From: Takakia lepidozioides
Lineage: Eukaryota > Plantae > Bryophyta
DNA: 64,000 nucleotides
Reading direction: 5' to 3'
NCBI GenBank assembly: GCA_030704615.1
Contig: CM060734.1
Location: 34,658,001 to 34,722,000, forward strand
The position numbers and the translations under genes are program-made. The notes under the pieces are model-generated. The model saw only the letters and a list, made by a program, of their open reading frames with translations. It had not been told where the DNA came from and ran no database searches. Below are positions 50,036 through 63,100 of the stretch, in pieces. Positions within the stretch are counted from its first letter, which is position 1. Each line of letters starts with the position of its first letter.

Positions 50036-50886
50036 TGTGATCGACTAGTGGCAGTCTAGTGATGGACTAGTGGCTGCACTAGTGGTGGCTAGTGGCAGCC
50101 TAGTGGTGGACTAGTGGCTCCACTAGTGGTGGCTAGTGGCAGCCTAGTGGTGGACTAGTGGCTCCACTAGTGGTGGCTAGTGGCAGCCTAGTGTTGGACT
50201 AGTGGCTGCACTAGTGGTGGACTAGTGGTTGCACTAGTGGCAGGACTAGTGGTGCACTAGTGGTGCACTAGTGATAGACTAGTGTTTGGTGTACACATGT
50301 GTTGTGTGGTTTTGGACAACGATGTAGTTATGTAGCGATATGTATGCGCACGACAGCTGTCAAGTTATTTTACCACTAGTGTGAAGTTAGCTAGGAAATA
50401 GCTAGCTTTTATATATTGACATTTGGGATTGACCCAAGTGTCAATCCAGGGGCCAATACATGTTTGGGCACCTGGCGTTGTTATCTTCACGACAGATCGC
50501 GGTGGGCTCATCTTTCTCGAGTTGAGCCTCACCGCGTCTAGCTATGGCGCCGTAGTGTGGATTCATCATGGCGTGGGGTGCACTTGGCTCGACTTAATAT
50601 ATGAGTGATGTTTTCATGTGCAAGTATGTGAGTTTGAGAGAGCTTGTGTGCTTGTATCATTCCCTTTCCTTATCATTGTGATGGACTAGTGGCTGCACTA
50701 GTGGTGGCTAGAGGCAGCCTAGTGGTGGACTAGTGGCTGCACTAGTGGTGGACTAGTGGTTGCACTAGTGGCAGCACTAGTAGTGCACTAGTGGTGGACT
50801 AGTGATAGACTAGTGTTTGGTGTGCACATGTGTTGTGTGGTTTTGGACAGTGATGTAGTTGTGTAGCGATATATATGCGCACGACA
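50036..50886 (+). repeat. 3' LTR of element 3 (50036-~50675) followed by a partial second copy of its 5' part (50677-50886); CTAGTG tandem array
   Basis: TGTGAT start after the PPT; 10-12 bp CTAGTGG units forming a ~44-bp higher-order repeat; 50677-50886 duplicates a shortened version of 50036-50355. Confidence 0.75.
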
Positions 50887-50887
50887 G

Positions 50888-52330
50888 GAGAATTGGTGCC
50901 AACATTCAAGCACTATGACGGCGACTTACATTCACAATTGGCATACGGACTGAGTGACAGAAGAAACGAATGCTTCAATTAGGCCATGCTCGTATCGTTG
51001 CATACGATGCAACCTTCGGGACAATTCACCACAAGGTACTCTTCATCCCTTTCACAATTTATCCGCTTGCAAAACTAGTGGATGTATGCACACTGGTAGC
51101 ATCTGACATTCTGCATTTGAACAGTTCCTATTGTACACGTTGATGGTCTTCGACGAGTGGCTTAACGGTATATCAGTTGCGTACATCATATGCGCGCATG
51201 AGGGGACAACAGACCTGGTGCCGTGGATGGCAGCCTTGCGGGACTCTCTCCTTGCAGAAATGCCAGACTGGCGACCTAATGCCTTCATTGTGGACGATGT
51301 CGACGCCGAAATAAATGCCATTACGTACCCGCCTGTACACTCGCGTGCAAGTCCGTCGCCTGCATCCATTGTCTGTCTCTTCGGCAAGTCTCCTGCCATA
51401 CAATGCAGTCCTGGCTGCAAATCCGGCCATTCCTTTATGCAAGTCTGCTGGCAAACCAGTCCGCTGATAATGTCCTCTAGCGAAGTCCGCTGGAAGACTT
51501 ACTTGCGCAAGTATGCTGCAAGGTCAGTCTGCTCGGGTGTGCTGCCAGCAAAGTCTGGGTAAGTCTGCTGCCGGTCTCCTAAGGGCAAGTCCACTGGTAG
51601 ACTAGTCCGCCGGAGAGGACTGTTCGCAAGCAGTCCGCTGCAAGACTCACGTGCGCCACTCTGCTGCAACCTCAGTCTGGTCCAGCAAGTCCGCTGGCAG
51701 GCGAGTCCGCCGAAGGGGACTATTCGCAAGCAATCCGCTGCAAGACTTACGTGCGTTAGTTTGCTGCGACCTCAGTCTGGTCCAGCAAGACTGTTGGCAG
51801 GCGAGTCCGCCAGAGGGGACTGTTCGGAAGTCTGTTGGCAACCCAGTCTGCTCGGGATGCCCTCTGGCCAAGTCCGTTGCAAGACACACTTACGTAAGTC
51901 CGCTGCGAGGTCAGCGTGGTCAGGTCTGCTGGCGGTGTCGTGAGGGCAACACTCATGGTAGGTCAAGGTGGGCGAGTCTGCTGCCTGAATCCGTTGGGCA
52001 AGTCCTTTGGAACAAACGGGCAGACCAGTCCTCCAGAGAGTCTACTGGGTTAGTGCCCAAGTCCACCGGCGAAGTCCTCTTTGAAGTCTCTCAAGTGGGC
52101 ATGTGTACTTTGCAGGGCTGTTTTCCGAGGAGTGCTTATTTTCCTGTGCCTTTGGCATGTCCAGCGAGCTTGGGTGAAGCAATCATGCGCGAAAACCAAA
52201 GATCTTATCACTGCCGCAAACTTGTTGAAAGATATGGGAGACCGGCTTATATCCTCAAACGATGCGCCAATATGTGAAGATGGTCCAGCGGAAAAAAAAG
52301 ACTCCGTCATTGCACTGATAGAACTCCGTA
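50888..52330 (+). pseudogene. MULE (Mutator) transposase core exons
   Basis: FTIGIRTE*QKKRMLQLGH..IVAYDATFGT..K | GT-AG intron | FLLYTLMVFDEWLNGISVAY...WRPNAFIVDDVDAEINAI | intron | FLCLWHVQRAW (CxxH). A possible N-terminal part lies at ~42068-42270, before the gypsy insertion. Confidence 0.85.
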
Positions 52331-52357
52331 GAAATTCAGAGATGGATCCCGTTGAGG

Positions 52358-55300
52358 CTAGTGCAGCTGACTCTGTTCAACGAGCCAGGATCCGGACTGG
52401 TGGACAGGAAGTGTAGTTGGGTCCTCCGAGTCAGTGTGGTCATGAATCTGCTGGACAGTCTGCAGGGCACTGTCATTGTGGTGACTGCTTTCAGTCTGCT
52501 GGACGATCTGGTCTCTGGTATGCTGGATGGTCTGCTTGACAGCAATGTCATTGGTATGCTGCACGGTCTGGTGCAGAGGCAATCCTTCAGTCTGCTTGCC
52601 GGTCTGGTCATTGGTATGCTGGACGGTCTGCTTGTCAGCAACGTCATTGGTATGCTGCACGGTCTGTTTGATAGCGACGTCATTGGTATGCTGCACTGTC
52701 TGGTGCAAAGGCAATCCTTCAGTCTGCTCGCCCGTCTGCTCATGAGTCTCCTCGTCCTTAATGTGGCCTGTAGTGCGTCCACTCTCCTGAACATTGGCTG
52801 GGATAGTGTTGACAGTGTGCTGAACCGTGTCATGGAGTCCCTGTAATACCAGCACAACATCTCGTGCACCTCTGGCAAGGGAATCGAAAGCACACTGCAC
52901 GTGCTTGTCTAAATTGGACATTCCTGAAATAGATGAGTTGGACAAAGTGAGTCTGACAGCATGGTGGAAGAAAAGACCAAACGCCAAATCAAAGATATTG
53001 GTCTCATTGGCAACCTCCTAGAAGGTAATGTCGACTTATTCTGGACCGTTGTGTGTCATGGGCATATGTCTGAGTTCTTCAGGCCGTGGGTCATCCATGA
53101 GGATTAATAGGACAAGCAGTGGCGGGGCATTTTGGACCTTCGTGGCTACCATGGCAACAGAATGCGCGCTTTCGAGAACTTCATTCGCTTCTGCCATAGT
53201 AAATTCCATGGAATAATGAAAGGGAACAAAAGGCCACCGGCCGTCCGTGACAATGCGATGGAGCTCATTATACCAATCCACATTGGCATTGACTTCCCCC
53301 ACCCTCAGTTGGGCAAGTGTCAGGTCCACAGCTTCGGGATTAATGAGCGGCAATGGCGAGCGCCAAACTCCAAAAAGTCCCGTGGTGGTCGTGACAATGG
53401 GAGTCTGTTGGCTGGGAGTCCGCTAATGGAAGTCTGCTGGCTTGGAGTCCGCTGGACAGCACTGTGGTGGATGAGCGTCTTTTGGGTGGCAGTCTGCTGG
53501 ATGGGAGTATGCTGGATGAGAGTCTAGTACATGGGAGTGTGTTGGAGTACAAGACTGTGTTGACTGTGAGTCCGGTGGCCAAGATTGTGCTAGATAAGAG
53601 TCTGCTTGGAAAGAGTCTGGTGGGCAAGAGTCTGCTGGATGCCAGATTGGGTGGGCTCTGTGTCCACCGAGTCTGCAGTCAGTATGGTGTTGACCGGAGA
53701 GTTGGCGCGTGCTTTGTCTGCAGAGTCCAGTGCTGCTATGGCGTCTGCTGAGCAAGGGTACTTGAACATGATGTACTCCCGTACCCGCTCCACTTCCCGA
53801 TGCACGGCATTCACTGCCAAAGGAGGGTTGGAGCTCACCGTCCGCCAAGCACACATGGCCTCCCAAATACTGGCTCGTTCATTCTGGTATATGACAGAAA
53901 ACCCAAAAACTCAGCATCGGACTCACCAGCAGCAGACTCACGAGCAGACTCACCAGCATTGTGGTACAGAACAAAAGAACCAGCGGATTCCAGCGGACTC
54001 AACGGCAAGAGACACCTGCGCACGTATAGTAGACTGCACCAATAGACTCTATGACAACAGACACTTGCGCACCTATAGTGGACTGCAAGAGGGGACTGTA
54101 CTACTGGACTCGGGAAGCAAGACGAACAAACTCATGGGACTGACCAGCAAAATCCACAAGCAGACTGACGCATCAGACCGAGCAGGTAGACTACCAACTA
54201 CGAGCACACTCACGAGCATACTCACGAGCACACTCACCAACAAAGGAACCAGCGGACTCCAGCAGTCTCAACGGCAAGAGACACTTGCGCACGTATAGTA
54301 GACTGAACCAGCAGACTATTTGACAACAGACACCTGCGCACCTACAGTGGACTGCAAGATGGGACTGTACTACTAGACTCAGGAAGCAAGACGAACAAAC
54401 TCATGGGACTGACCAGCAAGTCCACAAGTAGACTGACGCAGCAGACCGAGCAGGTAGACTACCAACTACGAGTAGACTCACGAGCAGACTCACCAACATC
54501 GTGGCACAGAACAAAAGAACCAGGGGACTCCAGCAGACTCAACGGCAAGAGACACCTGCGCACGTATAGTAGACTGAACGAGCAGACTCTAGGACAACAG
54601 ACACTTGCGCACCTACAGTGGACTGCAAGAGGGGACTGTACTAATGGACTGAGGAAGCAAGACGAGCAAACTCATGGACTGACCAGCAAAATCCACAAGC
54701 AGACTGGCGCATCAGACCGAGCAGGTAGACTACCAACTACGAGTAGACTCACGAGCAGACTCACCAACATCGTGGCATAGAACAAAAGAACCAGCGGACT
54801 CCAGCGGACTCAACGACAAGAGACACTTGCGCACGTATAGTAGATTGAACCAGCAGACTCTATGACAACAGACACTTGCGCACCTACAGTGGACTGCAAG
54901 AGGGGACTGTACTGCTGGACTCAGGAAGCAAGACAAGCAAACTCATGGGACTGACCAGCAAGTCCACAAGCAGGCTGACGCATCAGACCGGGCAGGTAGA
55001 CTACCAACTACGAGCACACTCAAGAGCATACTCACGAGCACACTCACCAACAAAGGAACCATCGGACTCCAGCAGACTCAACGGCAAGAGACACATGCGC
55101 ACGTATAGTAGACTGAACCAACAGACTCTTTGACAACAGACACCTTCGCACCTACAGTGGACTGCAAGATGGGACTGTACTAATGGACTCAGGAAGCAAG
55201 ACGAGCAAACTCATGGGACTGACCAACAAGTCCACAAGCAGACTGACGCAGCAGACCGAGCAGGTAGACTACCAACTACGAGCAGACTCACCAGCAGCCT

Positions 55301-57059
55301 CACCAGCATCGTGGCACAGAACAAAAGAACCAGCGGACTCCAGCAGACTCAACGACAAGAGACACCTGCGCACGTATAGTAGACTAAACTAGCAGACTCT
55401 ATGACAACAGACACCTGCGCAGCTATAGTGGACTGCAGGAGGGGACTGTACTGTTGGACTCAGGAAGCAAGACGAGCAAACTCATGGGACTGACTAGCAA
55501 GTCCACAAGCAGACTGACGCATCAGACCGGGCAGGTAGACTACCAACTACGAGCACACTCAAGAGCATACTCACGAGCACACTCACCAACAAAGGAACCA
55601 GCGGACTCCAGCAGACTCAACGGCAAGAAACACCTGCGCACGTATAGTAGACTGAACCAGCAGACTCTAGGACAACATACACCTGCGCACCTACAGTGGA
55701 CTGTAAGATGGGACTGTACTAATGGACTCAGGAAGCAAGACGAGCAAACTCATGGGACTGACCAACAAGTCCACAAGCAGACTGACGCAGCAGACCAAGC
55801 AGGTAGACTACCAACTACGAGCAGACTCACCAGCAGACTCACCAGCATCGTGGCACAGAACAAAAGAACCAGCGGACTCCAGCAGACTCAACAGGAAGAG
55901 ACACCTGCGCATGTATAGTAGACTGAACCAGCAGACTCTATGACAACAGACAACCTGCGCACCTATAGTGGACTGCAGGAGGGGACTGTACTGTTGGACT
56001 CAGGAAGCAAGACGAGCAAACTCATGGGACTGACCAGCAAGTCCACAAGCAGACTGACGCATCAGACCGGGCAGGTAGACTACCAACTACGAGCACACTC
56101 AAGAGCATACTCACGAGCACACTCACCAACAAAGGAACCAGCGGACTCCAGCAGACTCAACGGCAAGAGACACCTGCGCACGTATAGTAGACTGAACCAA
56201 CAGACTCTTTGACAACAGACACCTGCGCACCTATAGTGGATTGCAAGATGGGACTGTACTAATGGACTCAGGAAGCAAGACGAGCAAACTCATGGGACTG
56301 ACCAACAAGTCCACAAGCAGACTGACGCATGAGACCGGGCAGGTAGACTACCAACTGTGGGGACAGACTGGGCATTACCTCCTCGTCATCGTCGACACAG
56401 ACGTCCTCCTCATCTTCAAGGGAGTTCAACCAATTTTCCTCCGCTGCTCGGATGGTTCTGCTAAGCTGTCCGGACTAGGTGAAACTGTAGAAAAAACGGA
56501 AGAACTCTGGATCATCCACTGGTGGGCACACCGATGGGAGAAGCCCAAATGGTATCAGGCGCAATGTGCCAGGACAGACTCCACTGCTATTCTCTTTCGA
56601 CTGGATTTTGTCCACGTGAACCCTCGACTGATAAGGCAAGACAATGTCGACGGGAGATGAGACCCCTCCCAAACCTGCGAATTCATCATTCCAAATGATG
56701 TCTGCAGACGGCTCAGCAGACTGACTCTCACTTGAAGTACTGATGGTTTGCATTTGCTGCGTAGACCGTCTCCTTGGCATAGCCTGTGACACTTCCCGAC
56801 TTCCTTGGGGACGAGTCTGCTGTTGAGATTTTGCCCTCGCCTCCCGAGCAGACCTTGCAGCCTTTTCTCTTTCCTTCTTCTGGGCCCCATCACTAAGTTT
56901 CTTTTTCCTGGGAGCCACAGGTGATGGCGATGTCAGGTCATGCACATCTTGCATTGAAACAGTAGAACCCACCCCATACCGTGCGCGCACTTCCGCCAAA
57001 GTTCGGGCCTTTGGGTTTGCGCCGCGGAGTCTGGCGGTGGCCGCATTCACCACCCTCAT
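52358..57059 (-). pseudogene. Second, convergent gene of the MULE-like element (mudrB-like position), unknown function, intron-containing
   Basis: Minus-strand ORFs 56475-57059, ~53590-53883, and 53036-53353 plus 52358-52987 (same frame); GT donor at ~56377 and AG acceptor at ~53884 bracket the satellite; C-terminal QTVQHTND repeats. Confidence 0.5.
53925..56357 (+). repeat. ~9-copy tandem array of a ~270-bp unit with two unit variants
   Basis: The GACACCTGCGCACGTATAGTAGACTG anchor recurs at 54011, 54280, 54551, 54822, 55090, 55361, 55629, 55900 and 56169 (spacing 268-271). Confidence 0.95.
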
Positions 57060-58749
57060 TGAACTTTGAACTGGCCACGGCTTGAAGCCAGGTGGGATAT
57101 GGCGTCGTTATGAAAAAAAATGTTCAGAAAAAAAAAATGTTCAGAGGAATCCCACCGTAAAGCACCGTTCAGATTTCTCTTTCGTTATTTGACGCCCCTC
57201 CCAATGCAGAAAATAGACTCCATCATCGGACGCAACTTACGAATCACGTAAGATACTCCCAGCTTGGTCGGACGCATCTTACGTTTTGTAAGATGCATCC
57301 TGCCAGGAAGAATTTGAATGGTGCTTCACGAAAGGGAAGGCCCAAGCCCACGGGCATTCCGCGATTTTCGAGCTGCTAGCCTCGGGCTAATGCCCTCGGC
57401 AGCCAACCCTCAAATCGCGGAACTCCCTCGGGCTGGGGCCTTCCCTATCACATAATGCTTGGGGACCAAAATGATGCGCATCTTTTGTATAGGGGAAGGC
57501 CCCGAGTGGAGGGCATTCCTCGATTTTTGGGCACTGCCCGAGGCAGTGCCCTTATATTGAGGAATGCCCCACACCAGGGGCCTTCCCCTGCGTAAAGCAC
57601 GTGCAACCCAAAAAAAAAGTTTGGCAGTGCATTCCACCGGAGTGGAATGCACCACCGTCGCATACCAGGGCATTCCACCGGCGTGGAATGCACCGCCCTC
57701 GCCAAGCAAGCCAATCTGCTCCAGCGTTTTTTTTTCTGACGGATAATAGCCAAATTTCGACCTGGAAAATGGGTCAGCGACTTTTACTAAGGAATTCTGG
57801 GATTAAAAATCAAGAAAATCGCCAAAGGATAAATACCAGGAGCCAGATTTGTCCTACGTGGACCTGTCAAAATATGACACCTGTAATATAGCCTCTTTTC
57901 CAGCTCTGTCACCTCGTTATTCTCGCCACATAGAATCTACATGTCGCCCTTCCAGCGATTTTGGAAAAGTGACAAAAAAGCCACTGATCTGCTTTGAGGG
58001 GAGCAGATAATAACAAAGAGAAATATTTCGAAGTGCTTTATGGATGTGTTTTGTGAATCTGCAGTGCTAGACACAGAAATGTAGTGATACATCCACAATG
58101 TTGAAGATGGATGAAGCCTTTATCACAACATTCACGTGTGCTTTCCAAGATTCACATCACCGCAGAACTTCCTCAAATCAATGGCTTAGTAACGTCCACA
58201 ACCAACGAGTACATCCATTGAACTTCTCTGGCACCATGCCTTGGAAGTGCGCCTCCCCAGCGTAAAACCGGTGCCTGAGGGCTCCCAGACTGAATGATTT
58301 CAACTTGTCTATAGATGTCTTGCCCATCATCATTAAGCTCCAAAGTTTCTCTTCAAGGATCTATCTTGAGGTTCTCTTAATGAGAGCTGGGATGGAGCAT
58401 TGCCACTATAAGTACACACTGGCAGTGAGCTGGGATGCTCCAACCTTAAGAGAATCAAACACGTTTCACAGCCCATGCCAAGATATGTGGATGGTCGGAA
58501 AGACTGACTTCAAATAGTATAGTGGTAAGAAATGATAACAGCTCCCCCAACCAGTGCTACTTCTGAGCTTCCAGCTCAAGATTCAATTGCACGCACCTGG
58601 AAATCATCAAACAACTTAGTTTCATGTTGTATAATGTGTCCAATTAGAACTGGCACCAAACAGACAAAAATACATGACTGGTTCATTCTACAACTCACCA
58701 AAAGCAAGGAAACCGTCTATATTTAAAACACTGCAGGGAGGACTACGAA

Positions 58750-60109
58750 ACTTACAGTGCACAAGTGAACCTGAAGGGATGCACTAGACTGGCAGGACTG
58801 CACACGGAGTTTTAGTGCATCCATCCCATAAATCTGCATACAGACAATAAGGCTACTCCAATGATGGCCGAAATAACCTCATTTGAAATCACCAAGAGGA
58901 ATCCCATGCATTGCAGGAGTTACACAAGCAATGGCTCATTGTTCCTATATACTCAGTGATAACGGCACTTCTATTTGATTCAAACATTAACTACGAATTC
59001 ACCTTCTCCTTCTAGCACAATTTCTCTCGGTAAACCCTTAACTTGGAACTGGGAAGCTTGAAATCCTGTCTTGACCATGGAACTGGATGCATCTGTATTC
59101 TGTCTAGACTCAACCAGGTCATGGAGTGGATGGTTGACATACTATACTGAGGAAAACCCACAAGCTAAAACATGTGACTCACTAACAGACCACCGTCAAT
59201 TGGACTGTGATGACTCTAGACACATTGCAGGAGATGATTTCAAGAGATGGTGTTCGGTGTTGAAAATCGAGCCTCAGAACAGGGGGATGACACTTCTGGA
59301 CTGGAGACCAGGTCCAAGAGAGCAAGCCAGACCTCGCCAAGTTGATAAAGTCGTATGTTTATTGACAGTTACAAAAACTGTCACAGCCATGCATAGAAAA
59401 CTAGGGCGTTTAAGCTCACCTTCCCCTGCTGATATGCCTGTGAGCTTGCAATCTGGGCCTCGGTGGCATGCTGAAGAAGCCTGGGAGCCATACCACGGAC
59501 AAAAGTTTCACCCCCAGCTCTTCTTGTATCTGGGAAAGTTCTTGATTTGCTTGTGGTTTCAATCTGGACCACTAACAAGACAAGTAGATGTGAAAGAGAC
59601 CGTTGGCCATTGGTGCTAGCACAATTTTTTGAAACTAGTTGGATATCCCATAGCAATGGCCCCATGTTCTGACTGCTAAAAACTGCAGATACATTGACGG
59701 TGTAGTAACCATAACAACCATAACGCATTATCTGCCCCAGCTTCCGTCTTTGCACAATTGTCCAGCCCTCATGAGCAGCATCCTTCAAGACAACTATAAT
59801 TCTGCTGCAGAAAATAAACAATGTACCATACATCTAATCCATCCATCACTCCCTTGTTCCCTCCCCCCTCCCCGGCAAACCCACCCACCAAACACACAGA
59901 CACCCCCCACAGAGATTGGAAACCTAGTCAACACACATACCTGACACAACGGGGCAAGGTAAGATACCAAGGTCAAGCTCATTCCGCTTCAAAAATTCCA
60001 AAAACACTCCTGGCAATTGGGGCACTTGATTTGAGGCTAGCTTAGCATCTGCTGTTACCACCGGAGCTTGGGCCGGAGAGGTCTCTTTCGATGTCAAAAA
60101 GGAAGCCAT
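58750..60109 (-). pseudogene. Possible degenerate exons of a NOL1/NOP2/Sun-family (RNA m5C methyltransferase-like) gene
   Basis: LPGVFLEFLKRNELDLGI, then PRCVR before a GT donor (~59940), and an AG|IYGMDA...VHLCT|GT exon (~58756-58834), resembling the N terminus of plant NOL1/NOP2/Sun proteins as recalled from memory; frameshifted. Confidence 0.35.
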
Positions 60110-63100
60110 GCAAGCCTGTGAATGCTTGTTGGAAGGCGGCTGACGGATTCAGGAGCCGAAAGTTGCATAGCGAAGGTAGTATGCTTGTCATTGAACAACA
60201 TGATCAAACCCCAGCATCACGGGAGTTTATGACAGATTGCAGAATTATTAATAAACGAACTTGTGGATATCTTCCTTTCTTTGGCTCACTATGCCCCCTG
60301 TTTGCTTCTCCTATCACCAAGGCTTTGCCGGTACTTGTTGTCCTAGAATTTAGTTTTGGTCCAGATTCATACATTAATGATGTTGAAGGTCTTTTACAAT
60401 CTAGAGAGCAAGAGATGTACTCAATAATAGTCTCTGTTTGACGTAGCTTGTGCCTGTGAACATGGCACCCTGGTCCGAACGAAAAGGAACTGCACAGAGG
60501 CCCCAGAAAGAAAGGTTATGTCCACAGAATTACCAAAAACGTCTGGGACGAGAATTCCTTAGAGCCTGGCCATAAAACAGACGGTCCATCCAATTACCTC
60601 GCTAAATGCGTCTGCAGTCTCCCAAGACTAAAAAAATCTTCCGAGAATAGTTATTCTCACAACAAGGGAAAGAGAGATCAACTGCTCCATCTCGAGCACT
60701 TCTTGCATGTTGCAAACTGGGTGAAAGCTATCCACAGGGTCTATCACACCTGCAGCAGCTGTGGGCATAAGTCTTGAGGGCCCTCAAAAGCCCTGCCTGT
60801 TATGGCCAGACACGAATAGGTGCCCATAAACTCGATGAATTAGTCCCTATTCATCATCCACGTGTTCGTCCGGAATGGGACCCTCTTGCGAAAATATTGA
60901 GATGAACTCAAGGATTGCCCCTCCTAGGTTATCTGTTATCTGTCTGTCTTGCTCTCTGTTCTTGTAAGCAGATTTCTCTCCACAGTCGCCAGGGAGTGTT
61001 CCATCTCTCCGGATTTCTTCCACAAGTTTTCCAAGATTAGCAGAAAGGTGGGTATTGTACAATTTTTGGTGTATTTGAGCTGAAGGTATGGCGTGTGCTA
61101 GTGCTTCACTAGTGTCTGTGTCTGTATTCCAGCAGCTGCGCCAACCTTCGCCCTCGTCATCGCTAAGTATGTCCTCATCCTTCCCTTCATGCTTTTCCAA
61201 AGTTATCTTGCCATTGTCTAAGATTTCACTAGCTGACTCTTGTCACAATCTGGTTTGGACCCATTGATTGTGGAATCAGCTCAAACATCGCAGTTTTGGA
61301 AGTGTGGAATAGGAAATGATGCACTGTGTTTCATCAAGCGTGCATGGAGAGCCATGGACCAGAGCGAACACAGCCAAGAGAGAGATAAGCACTCAAAGAG
61401 ATGCCAAGTTTGATATCCGAGAAACAGAAAAACTAGTCTTATTGGAGACGGAGGTTTGTAGGCATTTGGCAGATTGAAGGAGTTCAAACGAATGTGATTA
61501 TACGGGCATACACAGTGGGAGATTCCCATTGCAGTGGAATGTCTGGAAATTGGTCACTGGGCCATTTCCACTTCAATTGCCACACACCAAATTATCACCT
61601 TGGGTGCTATTATGCTCAAGAAGATTTGAATTTGATTCCTTCTGGCATCTGCCTCAAGTTTTCGTAAAGGGCTGGGACTTCTATGTTCAGTGTCTGATTA
61701 TTTGCTTCCGGCATATAAAGGACATCTTTTAAGGGTGGCTTACGGCACTGTTGACCCCATGGTACTTTCTTATGGGTTTACAGGTTCTAGGGTCGGCGGG
61801 GATGTATTTTTGGAGAAAACAAGTAGGTATGTGAGGTTCCCCCAACAACGAGCACAGGGTAGGGGAGGGCCCTTAAGCATCACAAATCTTTGGGGACAAA
61901 AGAAAGACAGTGATAACCCTGATGACGCTGCCAAGAAGGTACAGTTGATCACATCATTCTTGAGTCTTCATTAATGAGGGATGTGCACTGTGAATTTTTG
62001 CTATATGTGAAGAAAGGGAGAGCAATGAACAAAAGAAGAGACAACCACCAGTCAAATACCTTCTTGAGGGAGACAGGCTCTGAAAAGCTATGATTAGCAG
62101 GATGTCATTGAGAAACTGACTGCTTCCTCCTCTCTTTCTCTCTCTGTAACACCACACAATCTATCAAGGGAATTGTGCCTGTACCTCTGTTTACCAACTT
62201 TGAAAGTCTCGAGGCTGAGCCAAAAGCCCAGGCCCTTCTGGGGCCTAGTTACTGGGCAAACCATACACAGCAGATTGATGCTTGTGTGAAGGGATTTCTA
62301 GAGGATATCAGGAAAACCCGGATCAATGCTTTATACCAAGGTGAGTCTTACTACCAACGTCAGCCCCTGACAGAGGTAGGTTCTGTCCCTTTGTGTTCCG
62401 CTCAAACTGGGCGCGGGGTCAATGGCCACAAGGCTACGGCAAACAACGTCTTATGAGTACAATCTGTAGCACCACACCCCACACCCCACCCCCCCGCCCC
62501 CTCTTTGTGCACCTTTCATGCATTGTATCTGGAAGTTGAGCTGCAGCTGCATATGTCAGGTCTGTCCCTTCCTCCTTTCCCTCCCCCACAATAACCTCAA
62601 CTGTGCATAAGCACTATGGAATTTGGGGCCTTCTGACATATATCTACTCCACAACGGGCTCCAGGAGTGTGATCATTCCGGAGGGTCTATAGTTGGTCAT
62701 CCCTGTGACTGATCCATAGCAACCTCTTCTTTCTCCCTACGTTGTACCTGCAATTTGGCTTTGGTCGTAAAAGATTTTGAGCCTCACCTGATTGCTTGGT
62801 TATGATTGTCTGTAGTTTTGCCACGTAGCCTTGTCAAGGAGGGGTCCACGCAAACATGCAGGGAGAGGGAGAAAGAGATCCACTCCTCCATTGCTCCCTG
62901 CAAATGTTGACTGTGACATACCATTGAGGGCATAGCTCCCTACCCTCTGGTATCTGGTGTTGGGGGACTTGGAGATTGTCTATGGTCGGTTCTGGTTTTC
63001 AGATCATATGATAAAGCATGATAAATTGTACAAAGTCTAAACTACTACTGCTGCTATAGCCCTCTAGCTGAAGAAGAACTAAGGAAGACTCTTGCCGAAG

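Larger units (their letters stand above)
42275..50886 (+). mobile_element. Ty3/gypsy LTR retrotransposon (element 3) encoding Gag-PR-DNMT-RT-RH-INT-PHD; 5' LTR missing
   Basis: Colinear domain series from 42591 to 49775, short PPT AGGGGGG (50025-50031), LTR starting TG at 50036. The left boundary is approximate. Confidence 0.88.
40651..57893. mobile_element. Probable MuDR/Mutator-like element (~17 kb including the nested gypsy) with two convergent genes
   Basis: MULE transposase on + and a second gene on - converge at ~52350. Candidate termini GGCTATA...TATAGCC are flanked by TTTCTTCCAG / TCTTTTCCAG (10 bp, 2 C/T mismatches). Boundaries are tentative. Confidence 0.5.

Noticed and set aside
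50040-50290. CRISPR-like short palindromic repeats
   Set aside because: Contiguous 10-12 bp units without spacers, located within an LTR.
53925-56357. CRISPR-like array or repeat-protein CDS (MDSGSKTSKLMGLT... ORFs)
   Set aside because: No unique spacers, ~270-bp units, eukaryotic context; unit lengths are not consistently multiples of 3 and the ORFs break in every unit.
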